Assembly (NCBI GenBank): GCA_965223155.1
Contig: CBDCVR010000013.1
Coordinates: 96,001-160,000, forward strand
Origin: Candidatus Multivoradales bacterium
Lineage (GTDB): Bacteria; Acidobacteriota; Thermoanaerobaculia; Multivoradales; JAHEKO01
DNA: 64,000 bases
Direction of reading: 5' to 3'
This document shows, piece after piece, positions 9,999 to 20,263 of the stretch. The first letter of the stretch is position 1, and each line of letters starts with the position of its first letter. The position numbers and the translations under genes were made by a program. The notes beneath the pieces are model-generated. The model did no database searches. It saw nothing but the letters and a program-made list of their open reading frames with translations, and was not told the DNA's origin.

Positions 9999-11036
9999 AT
10001 GACCCTGCTCTCCGAGATTCGTGAACAGCCCGCGGTTCTGGAGCGGCAACTGGAGGCCCGGAACGCCACGGCCGAAGAGATCGCCGTCGAGCTGAGACGC
10101 CGCACGATCCGGCAGGTCGTGATTGCCGCCCGCGGCTCTTCGGACAACGCCGCGCTCTATGCCAAGTATCTCGGCGGCTGGCTCAACCGGATCCCGGTGG
10201 CTCTGGCGACGCCGTCGCTCCATACCCTGTACGCCAAGCCGCCGGCGCTTCGGGAGGCGCTGGTCGTGGGGATCTCCCAGTCAGGCGAGTCGCCCGATAT
10301 CGTTCGCGTGGTCCGGGACGGGCGCCGCGACGGCGCGGTCACTCTGGCGATTACCAACGAGCCGGGATCGCCACTCGCCCGGGAGGCGGATCTTGTCTTC
10401 GCCACCGAGGCCGGAGCCGAGCTGGCGGTGGCGGCCACCAAGACCTATACCGCGCAGCTTCTGGGCGTCGCGATGGTGGCGGCGGCAACCGCCGGGGATC
10501 GGGAGCGGCTGGCTGAGCTCGAGCGCGTGCCCGAGCTGGTGAGGCAAACGCTGGAGCTCGACGAGGCCGCGCGGGAAGCGGCGGAAAACTACCCGTCGTT
10601 CGAGCGCTGCGTGGTGCTGGGACGGGGATTCCACTACGCGACCGTCCGGGAATGGTCGCTCAAGCTGCAAGAGCTGACCTACGCCGTGGCCGAACCGTAC
10701 TCGTCCGCGGATTTTCGGCACGGACCGCTGGCGGTGGTCTCGGCCGGGTTCCCGGTGCTGGCGGTGGCTCCCGCCGGCGCCACCTACGACAGCGTGTGCG
10801 ATCTTCTGGAGGTTCTGGTCGAGGAGCGCGGGGCGGACCTGATGGTGCTCTCCAACGGAGAGCGGGCACTGGCCGGCGCGCGCCGATCGATCCGGCTGGC
10901 CCCTGATCTGCCCGAGTGGCTGAGTCCCTTGGTGGCCATCGTGCCCGCGCAGCTCTTCTGCTACCACCTGACGCGTGCCCTGGGGCGCGATACGGAACGG
11001 CCACGGGGCCTAAGCAAGGTTACCCGGACTCTGTAG
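9999..11036 (+). CDS. Two-SIS-domain protein, probable glucosamine-6-phosphate deaminase/isomerase (GlmS C-terminal-like)
   Basis: EIREQP, ARGSS, ISQSGES, AVAATKTY, LKLQE, HGP and LSKVT motifs; no glutaminase domain. Confidence 0.85.
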   Translation: MTLLSEIREQPAVLERQLEARNATAEEIAVELRRRTIRQVVIAARGSSDNAALYAKYLGGWLNRIPVALATPSLHTLYAKPPALREALVVGISQSGESPDIVRVVRDGRRDGAVTLAITNEPGSPLAREADLVFATEAGAELAVAATKTYTAQLLGVAMVAAATAGDRERLAELERVPELVRQTLELDEAAREAAENYPSFERCVVLGRGFHYATVREWSLKLQELTYAVAEPYSSADFRHGPLAVVSAGFPVLAVAPAGATYDSVCDLLEVLVEERGADLMVLSNGERALAGARRSIRLAPDLPEWLSPLVAIVPAQLFCYHLTRALGRDTERPRGLSKVTRTL

Positions 11037-13244
11037 ATGAAGACACGCGCGGTGGCCGGACGGCGGACCGAGATCCCTCGATGGGGCGTTGCCGGAAGCG
11101 TTCACCGCGCCGGTGGCGCGGGCTGGGTTGTCGTGGCCGTGCTTCTGGCTACCGCCGCCGCGATGGCCTGCAGGGGGCCGGCCTCCGAGGATGCCGTGGA
11201 GACGGGCGAGGAGGTAGCGCCGCGCGGGACGGCTGTGGCTCCCGAGGTCCGGCGCCGGGCCGGACTCGACGTGATCCTGATCACCGTCGACACGCTTCGG
11301 ACCGATGCTCTCGGCTCATACGGGCGGGCGGGGGCCGCGACGCCCTGGATGGATCGGCTGGCCGCGGAGGGTGTGCGCTTCGAGACCGCCCACGCCCACA
11401 ACGTGCTGACCTTGCCCTCGCACGCCAACATCCTGTCCGGCCGCCATCCCCAGGAGCACGGCGTGCGCGACAACTCGGGCTTCCGCTTCCCGGACGAGGT
11501 GCCCCTCCTGGCTCAGGTGCTGGCGGAGAGCGGCTACCGCACCGGAGCCTTCGTCAGCGCCTTTCCCCTGGACTCGCGCTTCGGTCTGGCGCGTGGATTC
11601 GAGGTGTACGAGGACAGCTTTGTCGATACCGCCGGCCGGCCGGCCTTCCTGGAGCAGGAGCGGCCGGGGCCGGAGACGGTGCGGCTGGCCCGTGAATGGC
11701 TGGAGCGGGACGATCCGCGTCCCTCGTTTCTGTGGCTCCACCTCTACGAGCCGCACTTCCCGTACGCTCCGCCCGAGCCGTGGGCCTCCAGATTCGCCTC
11801 GGAGCCGTATCAGGGCGACGTCGCCGCCGCCGACGCCGCCCTGGGCGAGCTGCTCGGCCCGGTGCTGGCCGAGGAGGCCGGGGCGCTGATCGTCCTGACC
11901 TCGGACCACGGCGAATCGTTGGGCGAGCACGGCGAGGCCACGCACGGGATCTTTGCCTACGAAGGCGTGCTGCGGGTGCCGCTGATCCTCCACCAGCCGG
12001 AGCTTTTCGCCCCGGCTGTGGTCACAAGTCCCGCGCGCCACGTAGATCTGATGCCCACGATCCTGGATGCGTTGACGCTGCCGGTACCCGAGGGCACCAG
12101 CGGTCGGAGCCTGCTTGCAGTCGCCTCGGGCAGGCCCGAGCCGGATCCCCGGGAGGTCTACTTCGAAGCGCTGTCTGGCCAGCTCAATCGCGGCTGGGCG
12201 CCTCTCTATGGATTGATCCGGGAAGGCTGGAAGTACATCGATCTGCCGATCCCCGAGCTCTACGATCTGGCCTCCGACCCGAGGGAGGCCAACAACCGGG
12301 CCGGCGCGCACCCCGAGCTGGTGGCCGCCGCTCGGCGGGCACTCGAGTCCTACCAGACCGCGGACGTGTCTCGGCCCGCCGAGGAATCCGGCGAAGTCCG
12401 CCGCCGCCTAGCGGCCCTCGGGTACGTGAGTGGCGCGACCGCCGAGACGGCCGGGCCTTGGACCGAGGACGACGATCCCAAGCGGCTCATCGAGATCGAC
12501 GCTCGCCTGCGCGAGGTGGTGACCCGGTACGAGTCGGGAGACCGGGCCGGCGCCCTGGCTGAGTGCGAGCGGCTGGCCCGGCGGCGGCCGGGCATGCGGG
12601 TGATCCAGCTCTACCTGGCCCAGCTCTACCGGGAGGCCGGCAACTTCGACCGGGCGATCGATGCCCTCGGGGCGGCGCTGGAGCTGCGCCCGGAGGATCC
12701 CGAAGCGCTGGCTGTCCTGGCTTCGACGCTGACCCAGGCGGGAAGGGCCGAGGACGCGGTCGCGCTGACTCGAGGGGCGGCCGACCTTGAGGTCGTGCTG
12801 ACCCGAAGCCTGGCCCTTGCCCGGCTGGGCCGGACGGAGGATGCGTTGGCCGCGGTCCGGAAGGCCGTGGAGGCCGATCCCGGCAATCCCAAGGTTGACG
12901 TCTATCGGGGGACCGTCGAGCTCATGGCGGGGCGGCCCGGCCCCGCCCGCCGGGCCTTCGAGCGGGCCCTCGAGAAACACCCCGGCACGGCCAGCGCCTC
13001 GAGCGCCCTGGCGCTCATGGATCTCGAGGAAGGACGACTCGAAGCCTCGGTCGCGCGCTGGCGGGACGCCGTTGCCGCCGACGCCAGAGAGCTGGACAAG
13101 CTCTTTGCGGCGGGGCGGGGACTCTCGAGCGCCGGCCGGACGCGGCAGGCGAGAGCGCTGCTCGAGCTCTATCTGGAGCTCGCGCCCTCGCCGGGAACGG
13201 ATCCGAGGGCGACAGAGGCGCGCCGTCTCCTGGCCGCGTCTTGA
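11037..13244 (+). CDS. Sulfatase-like hydrolase with C-terminal TPR repeats, lipoprotein
   Basis: DTLR.D, TLPSH..ILSG, HLYEPH.PY, SDHGE..GEH, ELYDL..DP.E, L.ALGY, then TPRs; AMAC lipobox. Confidence 0.88.
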   Translation: MKTRAVAGRRTEIPRWGVAGSVHRAGGAGWVVVAVLLATAAAMACRGPASEDAVETGEEVAPRGTAVAPEVRRRAGLDVILITVDTLRTDALGSYGRAGAATPWMDRLAAEGVRFETAHAHNVLTLPSHANILSGRHPQEHGVRDNSGFRFPDEVPLLAQVLAESGYRTGAFVSAFPLDSRFGLARGFEVYEDSFVDTAGRPAFLEQERPGPETVRLAREWLERDDPRPSFLWLHLYEPHFPYAPPEPWASRFASEPYQGDVAAADAALGELLGPVLAEEAGALIVLTSDHGESLGEHGEATHGIFAYEGVLRVPLILHQPELFAPAVVTSPARHVDLMPTILDALTLPVPEGTSGRSLLAVASGRPEPDPREVYFEALSGQLNRGWAPLYGLIREGWKYIDLPIPELYDLASDPREANNRAGAHPELVAAARRALESYQTADVSRPAEESGEVRRRLAALGYVSGATAETAGPWTEDDDPKRLIEIDARLREVVTRYESGDRAGALAECERLARRRPGMRVIQLYLAQLYREAGNFDRAIDALGAALELRPEDPEALAVLASTLTQAGRAEDAVALTRGAADLEVVLTRSLALARLGRTEDALAAVRKAVEADPGNPKVDVYRGTVELMAGRPGPARRAFERALEKHPGTASASSALALMDLEEGRLEASVARWRDAVAADARELDKLFAAGRGLSSAGRTRQARALLELYLELAPSPGTDPRATEARRLLAAS

Positions 13245-13307
13245 CGCTGTCGGTCTGACACCGGCCCGGGAGCTCTTTGATTCGGGGTCTGCTCGGGTCC
13301 GGGCGGG

Positions 13308-15095
13308 TCAGGGGCCGACGTCCAGCCAGCGACCGACCACCGAACGCTCATCGCTCAGCTCGTCCCGGACCACGACCACGACTTTGTGCACGCCGGGTCG
13401 CATGGTGAGGCGGATGTCGCGCACCATCGAGTCGGTGCGTGCCGCACCGACCGACGAGTTGGGGATGCGCAGCTCGAAGGGCAGCTCCTGGAGCGGCGCG
13501 TCTCGACCCTCCTCGTCGAGAGCCGAGAAATAGAGCTTGACGCGTCCCTGGTGGTGGTCGGATCGGGGAATCAGGGTGACTTTCTCGATCGGGACCGAGA
13601 CGCGAACGGTCACGTCAACGAAACCGTCGGCTTGAGGCGCACTCTGGGGCCCTGCCTCGAGCGTGACCGCCAACGGATTCGACTGGTAGCCGTGGACCAG
13701 GAAGGCTTGCACGCCGTCGTGGATCCGCGCCTCCGCAGATTTGTCCCGGTAGCCCTCGCGATGCCGGAGGCGCCAGCCCTTGGCCGGGCTCTTGAGGCGG
13801 ACTTCGATGCGATGGTAGCGGCCGCGGTCGATGGTCGGAGCGCGGTAGCCGAGCGAATAGTAGTGGCCGAGATCGGTTCCGATCCGGCTGAGCCCCGCGG
13901 CGACGTCGTTGGTGTTGAGGATCGCCCGGCCACCGGTCCGGTCGGCCAGCAGCTCCAGCGAGCCCTGGAGGTTGCGGGCGCGCACGGCCCCGACCGAGCT
14001 GCTGACGGTCAAGGGAGAGTTGATCGACTCGTGTTCCGCGCCCATCGCTCGGGTCGAGAGACCCGAGGCGTCGATGGTGTAGAAGGTGATGCGGTCGGTG
14101 TTGGCCCTGGCGATGAGCGCCAGGTACTTGCGGGAGGCGTCGCGCGCGTGGGCCAGGCTCAAAGCCGATCGATCGGCGAAACGCTGCTGGATGGCTTGGT
14201 AGAGATCCTGTCCCGGGACCAAGGCAAGTCCGTCGCTGACATGAAGCAGCATCTTGCGTCCGGGCAGGCCGGCCAGGGACTCGAGCATTTCGCCCAGGGC
14301 GTCCAGAGCCCGGCCCAACTCATGCTCCTGGTTTTCCGCGAAGCGCTGCGCCGCCCAGATCGCCTCCTGGACCGCCTTGGTCTCGTAGATCGTCTTGACG
14401 GCTTGGGCCCGCTCGGATTCTCGCTCCAGTCCCATGCCCGAGACCTTTTCGAGGTCGAGAAGCGCCCGGTTGACGGCTTCGGCGTCGCCGGTGAAGGGAT
14501 GGCGGATCTGGAGCGAGCGATCGTACGACGCCAGCATCAGCTCGTCGCCGTGCACCAGCGTTTCTCGCAGGAAGGTCCGCAGCCGGGCGAACACCCGGTT
14601 CCGGTTCAGCGGATGGATGTTGTAGTTGTCGACGTAGACGATGAGGTGGAGCCGCTGGGACTCTGGGACCTCGGCCCGGAGGGTCGGCGGCTCGGCTGGC
14701 TCAGCTGGCTCAGCTGGCCGGGCCGGCTGCGGGTTCGCTGGTGTCGGCTCCGGTGCGGAGGGAGGCGGAGCCTGGCCCTCGGCCGGGTTTCCCGCCGCCG
14801 GGATCGGCGTCGCGCCGCCCGGAACGCCGCCCTCGACGAGATAGAAGTTGACGACCTCCACAGGTCGCCCGTCCTCCAGGACCTCGAAGTCCTCCGGCCC
14901 GAGTCCGGGGACCGGATTGCCCTCGCGGTCGCGTACGTAGACTTCGACGTTGACCACGTTGACCGCGATCTGCTCGACGAACGGCCCGGACTCGGGCTGG
15001 CCGTCCGGCTGGGCCGCTCCGGGCGCGGCGGCCACCATGGCCAGGAGCGCGCACCCGTAGAGCATGCGGCGAACAGTATTCCTGAGCGTGGGCAT
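13308..15095 (-). CDS. VWA domain protein (VWFA-related Acidobacterial domain)
   Basis: Start ATG 15095 (MPTLRN) after GGAGG; VNVVNVEVYVRD..G.PV.GL..EDF; GRK.LL.VSDG; LADRTGG; YYSLGY; HRIEV...RHREGY. Confidence 0.87.
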   Translation of the reverse strand: MPTLRNTVRRMLYGCALLAMVAAAPGAAQPDGQPESGPFVEQIAVNVVNVEVYVRDREGNPVPGLGPEDFEVLEDGRPVEVVNFYLVEGGVPGGATPIPAAGNPAEGQAPPPSAPEPTPANPQPARPAEPAEPAEPPTLRAEVPESQRLHLIVYVDNYNIHPLNRNRVFARLRTFLRETLVHGDELMLASYDRSLQIRHPFTGDAEAVNRALLDLEKVSGMGLERESERAQAVKTIYETKAVQEAIWAAQRFAENQEHELGRALDALGEMLESLAGLPGRKMLLHVSDGLALVPGQDLYQAIQQRFADRSALSLAHARDASRKYLALIARANTDRITFYTIDASGLSTRAMGAEHESINSPLTVSSSVGAVRARNLQGSLELLADRTGGRAILNTNDVAAGLSRIGTDLGHYYSLGYRAPTIDRGRYHRIEVRLKSPAKGWRLRHREGYRDKSAEARIHDGVQAFLVHGYQSNPLAVTLEAGPQSAPQADGFVDVTVRVSVPIEKVTLIPRSDHHQGRVKLYFSALDEEGRDAPLQELPFELRIPNSSVGAARTDSMVRDIRLTMRPGVHKVVVVVRDELSDERSVVGRWLDVGP

Positions 15096-15103
15096 CGAGC
15101 CTC

Positions 15104-16786
15104 CTACCGTGGTTGTTCCAGGGTCAGAACCTGGTTGACGGCCAGGTCGTCTCGGCGGCTCTCCGAGCCGTCCGGCCAGCGCACTTCGATCGAGTCCACC
15201 TTGGCCGCCGACCCGAGGCCGAAGTGCTGCCGGAAGTCCTCCTGGGAGAGATACGAGCTGCCGCTGCGCACCAGGCGGATCTGGCGGAGCTCGCCGGTCG
15301 TCACGGTCACCAGCGCTCCGATGGCGTCGGTCAGGGGCGGCGCGCCGCGCAGGTCCACGACCAGCCAGTTCCCGGACTGAGCGAGCTCGTTTCGAAGCAG
15401 CTGCGGGCTGCCGTCCAGATCGCTGACGACGAGGTCGATGCGGCCGTCGTTGTCGAAGTCGGCCGCCGCCAGGCCGCGGCCGACCCGGCGCTCGCTGAAC
15501 GCGGGTCCGAGCTCCGCCCCGATCTCTTCGAAGGTGCCGTCGCGGCGGTTCCGGTAGGCGAGCTTGCGCTGCCGGTAGGGCGCCGAAGCGCCCATGTTGA
15601 CGTGTTCGAGCTGCGGATAGACGTGGCCGTTGACCACGACCAGATCCAGCCAGGCGTCGTTGTCGAAGTCCAGGAACGCGGTCCCCCAACCGACGTAGGG
15701 GAGGCTCGAAGCCGCAATGCCCGACGGGAACGATCCGTCGGTGAAGAAGCGCTCGTCGGCTCGATAGAGGGCGTTGTACTCCTCGGAGAAGTTGGTGACG
15801 AAGAGATCGAAGCGCCCGTGGTTGCGGACGTCGCCCAAAGCCACTCCCATGCTGCCTTGCTCGCCGCCGTCCTCGCTCACCGCCACGCCCAGGGGAAAGG
15901 CGTCGTCGGCGAAGGTGCCGTCCCGTTGGTTGCGGTACAGGAAATTGGGACCCGAGTCGTTGGCGACGAACAGGTCTAGCCAACCGTCGTTGTCGTCGTC
16001 CAGCCAGGCGACTCCAAGGCCGAAGTATTCGTTTGGGTCGTGCACGCCGGCGGCCTCGGAGACCTCTTGAAAGCGTCCGCGCCCGTCGTTGCGAAACAGC
16101 AGGTCCGTGGTTCCGGGCAGGCCGCGCGGACCGCACTGAACCTCGACCCCGCGATACTGGCAGAACTTGCCCTTGCCGAACTCGGGCAGACGATCCAAGG
16201 ACACCGCCACGTACCGGCTGACGAAGAGATCGACATCGCCGTCTCGATCGTAGTCGGCGAAGCCGCAGCCGGTGGACCAACCCGAGGCCTCGATGCCCAA
16301 GACCTGAGCGCTTTCTTCGAAGGTGCCGTCGCCCTGGTTGCGATACAGCCGGTCGGGCCCCACCGCGGTGACGTAGAGGTCGCGCCATCCGTCACCGTCC
16401 ACGTCGGCAACACAGGCGCCCATTCCCCAACCCGGGTAGCCGACGCCGGCCCGGTCGGTAACGTCTTCGAACTTCATCCCGCCCAGGTTCTTGTAGAGAG
16501 CGCTCCGAGCGGCCTTGGGATCGGTCGCGGTCTCGACGGTCAGAGCGTTGACGAAGTAGATGTCGGGCAGATCGTCGTTGTTGTAGTCGAAGACCGCGAC
16601 GCCGCCGCTCATCGATTCCAGGATGTAGCGCTTTTCGGGAGCCGAGTTGTGCCGGAAGGTGATGCCCGAGGTCTCGGTGACGTCGCGGAAGACGGGCTCC
16701 GATGCTTCCTGGGCGAGCGCGGCCGTGGCCGCGGCCAGCGTCCAGAGGACGAGCGCCGCCGACGGCAGGCGCGAGCGATTCCACAT
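15104..16786 (-). CDS. CRTAC1-family protein (FG-GAP repeats + ASPIC/UnbV)
   Basis: Repeated D.D.DG..DL.V motifs and LY.N.G.G.F; C-terminal AIGA.V.V....Q......G.SY.SQ.....HFGLG and IEVRWP.G. Confidence 0.93.
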   Translation of the reverse strand: MWNRSRLPSAALVLWTLAAATAALAQEASEPVFRDVTETSGITFRHNSAPEKRYILESMSGGVAVFDYNNDDLPDIYFVNALTVETATDPKAARSALYKNLGGMKFEDVTDRAGVGYPGWGMGACVADVDGDGWRDLYVTAVGPDRLYRNQGDGTFEESAQVLGIEASGWSTGCGFADYDRDGDVDLFVSRYVAVSLDRLPEFGKGKFCQYRGVEVQCGPRGLPGTTDLLFRNDGRGRFQEVSEAAGVHDPNEYFGLGVAWLDDDNDGWLDLFVANDSGPNFLYRNQRDGTFADDAFPLGVAVSEDGGEQGSMGVALGDVRNHGRFDLFVTNFSEEYNALYRADERFFTDGSFPSGIAASSLPYVGWGTAFLDFDNDAWLDLVVVNGHVYPQLEHVNMGASAPYRQRKLAYRNRRDGTFEEIGAELGPAFSERRVGRGLAAADFDNDGRIDLVVSDLDGSPQLLRNELAQSGNWLVVDLRGAPPLTDAIGALVTVTTGELRQIRLVRSGSSYLSQEDFRQHFGLGSAAKVDSIEVRWPDGSESRRDDLAVNQVLTLEQPR

Positions 16787-17862
16787 CAGTTGGCTCCCAT
16801 CCCTGGCACCGCGAGGCCCGCGTCGCTCCTCAGCTCGATCAACCGGGCTTCGGCGGCGGCCAGCGCCTCACGGTAGCGAGCCAGGTAGCGCTCGGAGGCG
16901 CCGCGATCGCCCAAACGGGCATGGGCCAGACTCAGTTGGTACAGAGCCTTGGTCGAGGCCGGGTCGGCGGTGGCGGTGCGGGCGAAGGCGTCTCGAGCGC
17001 CGGCGAAGCGCCGCTGGCTCATGCGGACGAGGCCCAGGACGAGGTTGGCGCGGGGGTGTTTCGCGTCAAGGGCCAGGGCGCGGGCCGCCAGCTCCTCGGC
17101 GCGGTCCCGCGCGCCGAGGCCTTCCTCGGATTCCGCGAGAGCGGCAAGCGATTCGACGTGGCCGGGTTCCAGGATCAAGCTTCGCTCCAGAGCGTCTCGG
17201 GCCTCCGCATACTCCTTCTGATTGTTCCGGGCCAGGCCCAGTGCTGTCCAGACCTGCGCGCGGCCGGGAGCCAGCGCCAGCGCTTCCGTCAGGGCGGCGA
17301 CGGCGCCGTCGTTGTCGCCGATCTGGAGGCGGGCGATGCCGTAGAGGTAGTGATAGTCGGAGACCGTGGGATGCATGCGGGTGAGCGGCTCCAGGGTCTG
17401 GAGTGCCGGAACCGGCTCGTGCCGAGCCAACGCCAGCCGGGCGTAGGCGCTCAAGAGCTCTTCCGAGTTGGGGGCGGCGTCGAGCGCGGAGCGCAAGAGA
17501 TTGCTTGCGCGCTTCGAGTCGCCCCGGCGGGCGACGATTCGGGCGAGGGCGAGACGGGCCCGCGCCGAGTCGCTACCCTCGACCAGAGCCTCCAGTTGCC
17601 GCTCGCTGGCGCCTATCGGATCCCGGCCCCGACTTTGGGCCGGACCCTGGACGAGGCCCGCGGCCTCCACGTCCGCGCCGCTCACGGTCGGGGTCGCCGT
17701 TGGCGCCATCGCCACTGAAGCGGCGGGGGCGGGAAGGGCCAGGACCCCGGCAAGCAACAGCCCCGCGACCAGCACGCGGCGCGTCAGCGGCGCGTCCGAT
17801 TTCGGCATCGCTTGGCGACGAAAGACGCTCGCGGCGGCAGGCGAAGGCATGGTGGCCCTCAT
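16786..17862 (-). CDS. TPR protein
   Basis: Ala/Leu-rich 34-aa helical repeats; overlaps both neighbours. Confidence 0.8.
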   Translation of the reverse strand: MRATMPSPAAASVFRRQAMPKSDAPLTRRVLVAGLLLAGVLALPAPAASVAMAPTATPTVSGADVEAAGLVQGPAQSRGRDPIGASERQLEALVEGSDSARARLALARIVARRGDSKRASNLLRSALDAAPNSEELLSAYARLALARHEPVPALQTLEPLTRMHPTVSDYHYLYGIARLQIGDNDGAVAALTEALALAPGRAQVWTALGLARNNQKEYAEARDALERSLILEPGHVESLAALAESEEGLGARDRAEELAARALALDAKHPRANLVLGLVRMSQRRFAGARDAFARTATADPASTKALYQLSLAHARLGDRGASERYLARYREALAAAEARLIELRSDAGLAVPGMGAN

Positions 17863-20222
17863 CGGTTCTCCTCGTGGCTTCCTGGCTCCTGGGGCTCCTG
17901 GGGCTCCTGGGGCTCGTCGGGCGGCTCCCCGGCTGGTTGCTGGCCGCTCTTCAGGCGCCGAAACTCAGCGAACGCTTCCCGTGCCTCGTCGGTCCGACCC
18001 AGGGCCTGGAGAGCGCGTCCGATCTGGTACCGCACATTGGCATCGGTCGGGGCGCTTGCCGAGGCGGTACGGAGTTGTTCGAGGGCTTCTTGCGGACGTC
18101 CTTCGGCCAGAAGGATCTTGCCGAGCAGATAGCGCGCGTCGGCCATTTGGGGCCGGTGACTCAGAACCTCCCGCACCTCCAGACCGGCCTCTCCAGCCTT
18201 GCCGCTGAGGTCCAGGACCACGGCCAGGGTGTAGCGTGCTTGGGCGTCGTCCGGATGGCTCGCCAGCTCCGCTCGCAGCTCCCGCTCGGCGGCATCCAGC
18301 CGGCCCTGCCGCAGGTAGATGTCCCCGAGGGTGCGATGGGCCTCGGCGACTCCCGCGTCGAGCTCGAGCGCGTGCTCGGCGAAGTGAATCGCTCGCGAGT
18401 AGTCGTCCTGCTGCGCGTGCGCCTGCGCCAGGACGACGTTGAGCTCGGGCCAGTCCCGGTTGTCGCTCAAGAGCTCGGTCATGGAACGGGTGGCGTCGTC
18501 GAGGCGGCCGCTCCGGACCAGAGCCACCGAATAGGCATATTCGAGCGCCCGGTCGCCGGCTCTTCCCGGATCGTCACGCAGTAGCTCGGCGGCTTGTTCG
18601 GGATCGCCCGAGTTGAGGGCCGCCAGCGCCAGCATCCGGCGCAGCTCGGCACTGGCCGGGTCGCCGGCCAGTGCGGCGGCAAGCGGCCCGGTGGCTTGGC
18701 CGAACTGGCCGGCGTTGAACCTCGCCACGCCCAGCGAGTGCTGGAGCCCGGGAAAGTTGGAGTCGAGGCCGGCCGCCTGCTCGAAGAGCGCTGCTGCGCG
18801 GGCGTGCTGCCGCTTCTGGAGCCGGAGGACGCCGAGATTGAAGTAGGAGCGGGCGACGTTCTGGACCACCTCGCGTTCGAGTCGCTCTCGTGCTTCGGGA
18901 TCGAGCTGGCTCAGGGGCGAGTCTCCGAAAAGGGAAGTGGAGGCCGGCTTGGCCGTGCTGGTCTCGCTTTCGAGATATCGGCGGAGGATCTCGCGAGAAT
19001 TCCGCGCCACGGTTGCCGACGAGCGTTTAGAGGCCTCGAAGTGAGGAGCCGCCTCCGCTTCCTTGCCGGCCCGGCGCAAGGCCAGCGCGAGCTGATAGTG
19101 GAGGCTCGCGACCTGGCTCTCGCCCAAGTCCAGCTGGACGCCCGGCGGAGCTTCCTGAGCCGCTTCGGAAGCCAGGTCGAGTGCCCGGCGGAAGGCGCCG
19201 ATAGCCTCTTCGTGACGTCCGAGCGCCAGGTACGAGCGTCCGAGAAACTGGAACGTGTCACGCTCGGGGGCGCCGCCGCGGGCCGCCGCTTCGAGGTGGG
19301 GAATCGCCTCGTCATGGCGCCGATCTTCGACCAAGCCGATCCCCAGGTAGAGATTCGAGCTGGGATCTTCGGGCGAGATCCGAAGCTCGGCGGCGAAGTG
19401 CTCCATGGCTTCGGCCAGCATGCCGCGTCCCTGGTCGAGCAGATCGAGTGTGCCCAGGTAGTAATGGGCCCGGGCCACTTCGGGATCCATGTCGAGGGCT
19501 CGGGAGAGAGCCGCGCGAGCTTCCGGATAGAAGCCGAAGTCCCGCAGCACCCGGCCGATGAGTACGTGGGTCTGCGGAATCGGCCGCTCTTGGACCAGGT
19601 GGTCCAGGTGGGGTTGGGCGGCGTCGATGCGATCCCTGCGCAGTTGCGCCATGGCCAGGAGAAATCGATTCTCGAGGTCGTCAGGCGCCAGCGCCTGGAG
19701 CTGTTCGAGCTCGCTCAAGGCCTCGTCGTGCCGGCCGGCTGCCGACAGCGCGCGAGCGAAGAGCCGGCGCGCGGCGAGATCGTCGGGCCGTTCGACAACC
19801 AGCTTTCGCAAGAGGCCGAGGGCCTCGTCCTCCCGCCCCTGTTCGAGCCGGGTCAGCGCCAGCAGCGTAAGAGCCCGCCGGGTCTCGACCGCGACCTCGC
19901 CCGCCATCTCGAAGGCCTCGCCGGCTCGATCCAGGTCGCCGGCCTCGATCGCCAGCGATCCCAAGAGCAGCCAACCTTCGAGGAGGGCGGTGCGGAGCTC
20001 GCTTTCGGCGATCTGGCGTTCGTCGGCGCCGAGAGCGGCTTCGGCCCGCACGATGGCCGCGGCGAAGCTCGCCGCCGGAACGCCTACGGCCGGGCTTGAA
20101 GCGGATCCGTCTCCGGCGGCGGGTGCGGAGAGAATCGCCAGAGCGCAGCAACCTGCATACGCAAACTGGCGGCTGGGCGACGAGGCCCGCGAGGACGGCT
20201 GGGATCGGGCGCCTACTGTCAT
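17859..20222 (-). CDS. Large TPR protein
   Basis: Many TPR motifs (AHYYLG, ARYLLG, VRYQIG); signal-like N-terminus. Confidence 0.85.
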   Translation of the reverse strand: MTVGARSQPSSRASSPSRQFAYAGCCALAILSAPAAGDGSASSPAVGVPAASFAAAIVRAEAALGADERQIAESELRTALLEGWLLLGSLAIEAGDLDRAGEAFEMAGEVAVETRRALTLLALTRLEQGREDEALGLLRKLVVERPDDLAARRLFARALSAAGRHDEALSELEQLQALAPDDLENRFLLAMAQLRRDRIDAAQPHLDHLVQERPIPQTHVLIGRVLRDFGFYPEARAALSRALDMDPEVARAHYYLGTLDLLDQGRGMLAEAMEHFAAELRISPEDPSSNLYLGIGLVEDRRHDEAIPHLEAAARGGAPERDTFQFLGRSYLALGRHEEAIGAFRRALDLASEAAQEAPPGVQLDLGESQVASLHYQLALALRRAGKEAEAAPHFEASKRSSATVARNSREILRRYLESETSTAKPASTSLFGDSPLSQLDPEARERLEREVVQNVARSYFNLGVLRLQKRQHARAAALFEQAAGLDSNFPGLQHSLGVARFNAGQFGQATGPLAAALAGDPASAELRRMLALAALNSGDPEQAAELLRDDPGRAGDRALEYAYSVALVRSGRLDDATRSMTELLSDNRDWPELNVVLAQAHAQQDDYSRAIHFAEHALELDAGVAEAHRTLGDIYLRQGRLDAAERELRAELASHPDDAQARYTLAVVLDLSGKAGEAGLEVREVLSHRPQMADARYLLGKILLAEGRPQEALEQLRTASASAPTDANVRYQIGRALQALGRTDEAREAFAEFRRLKSGQQPAGEPPDEPQEPQEPQEPGSHEENR

Positions 20223-20263
20223 CAGGCTCGTACCGACGTCAGGATACTGGAGCCCGGTCCGGG

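Noticed and set aside
13308-16388. 1026-aa ORF as a single gene
   Set aside because: The N-terminal 431 aa are an alternate frame of the CRTAC1 gene; the real start is ATG 15095.
17880-17915. 9-bp tandem repeat (EPQ)x3; similar (PAE)x3 near 14690-14720
   Set aside because: In-frame low-complexity linker repeats with no phase-variation potential.
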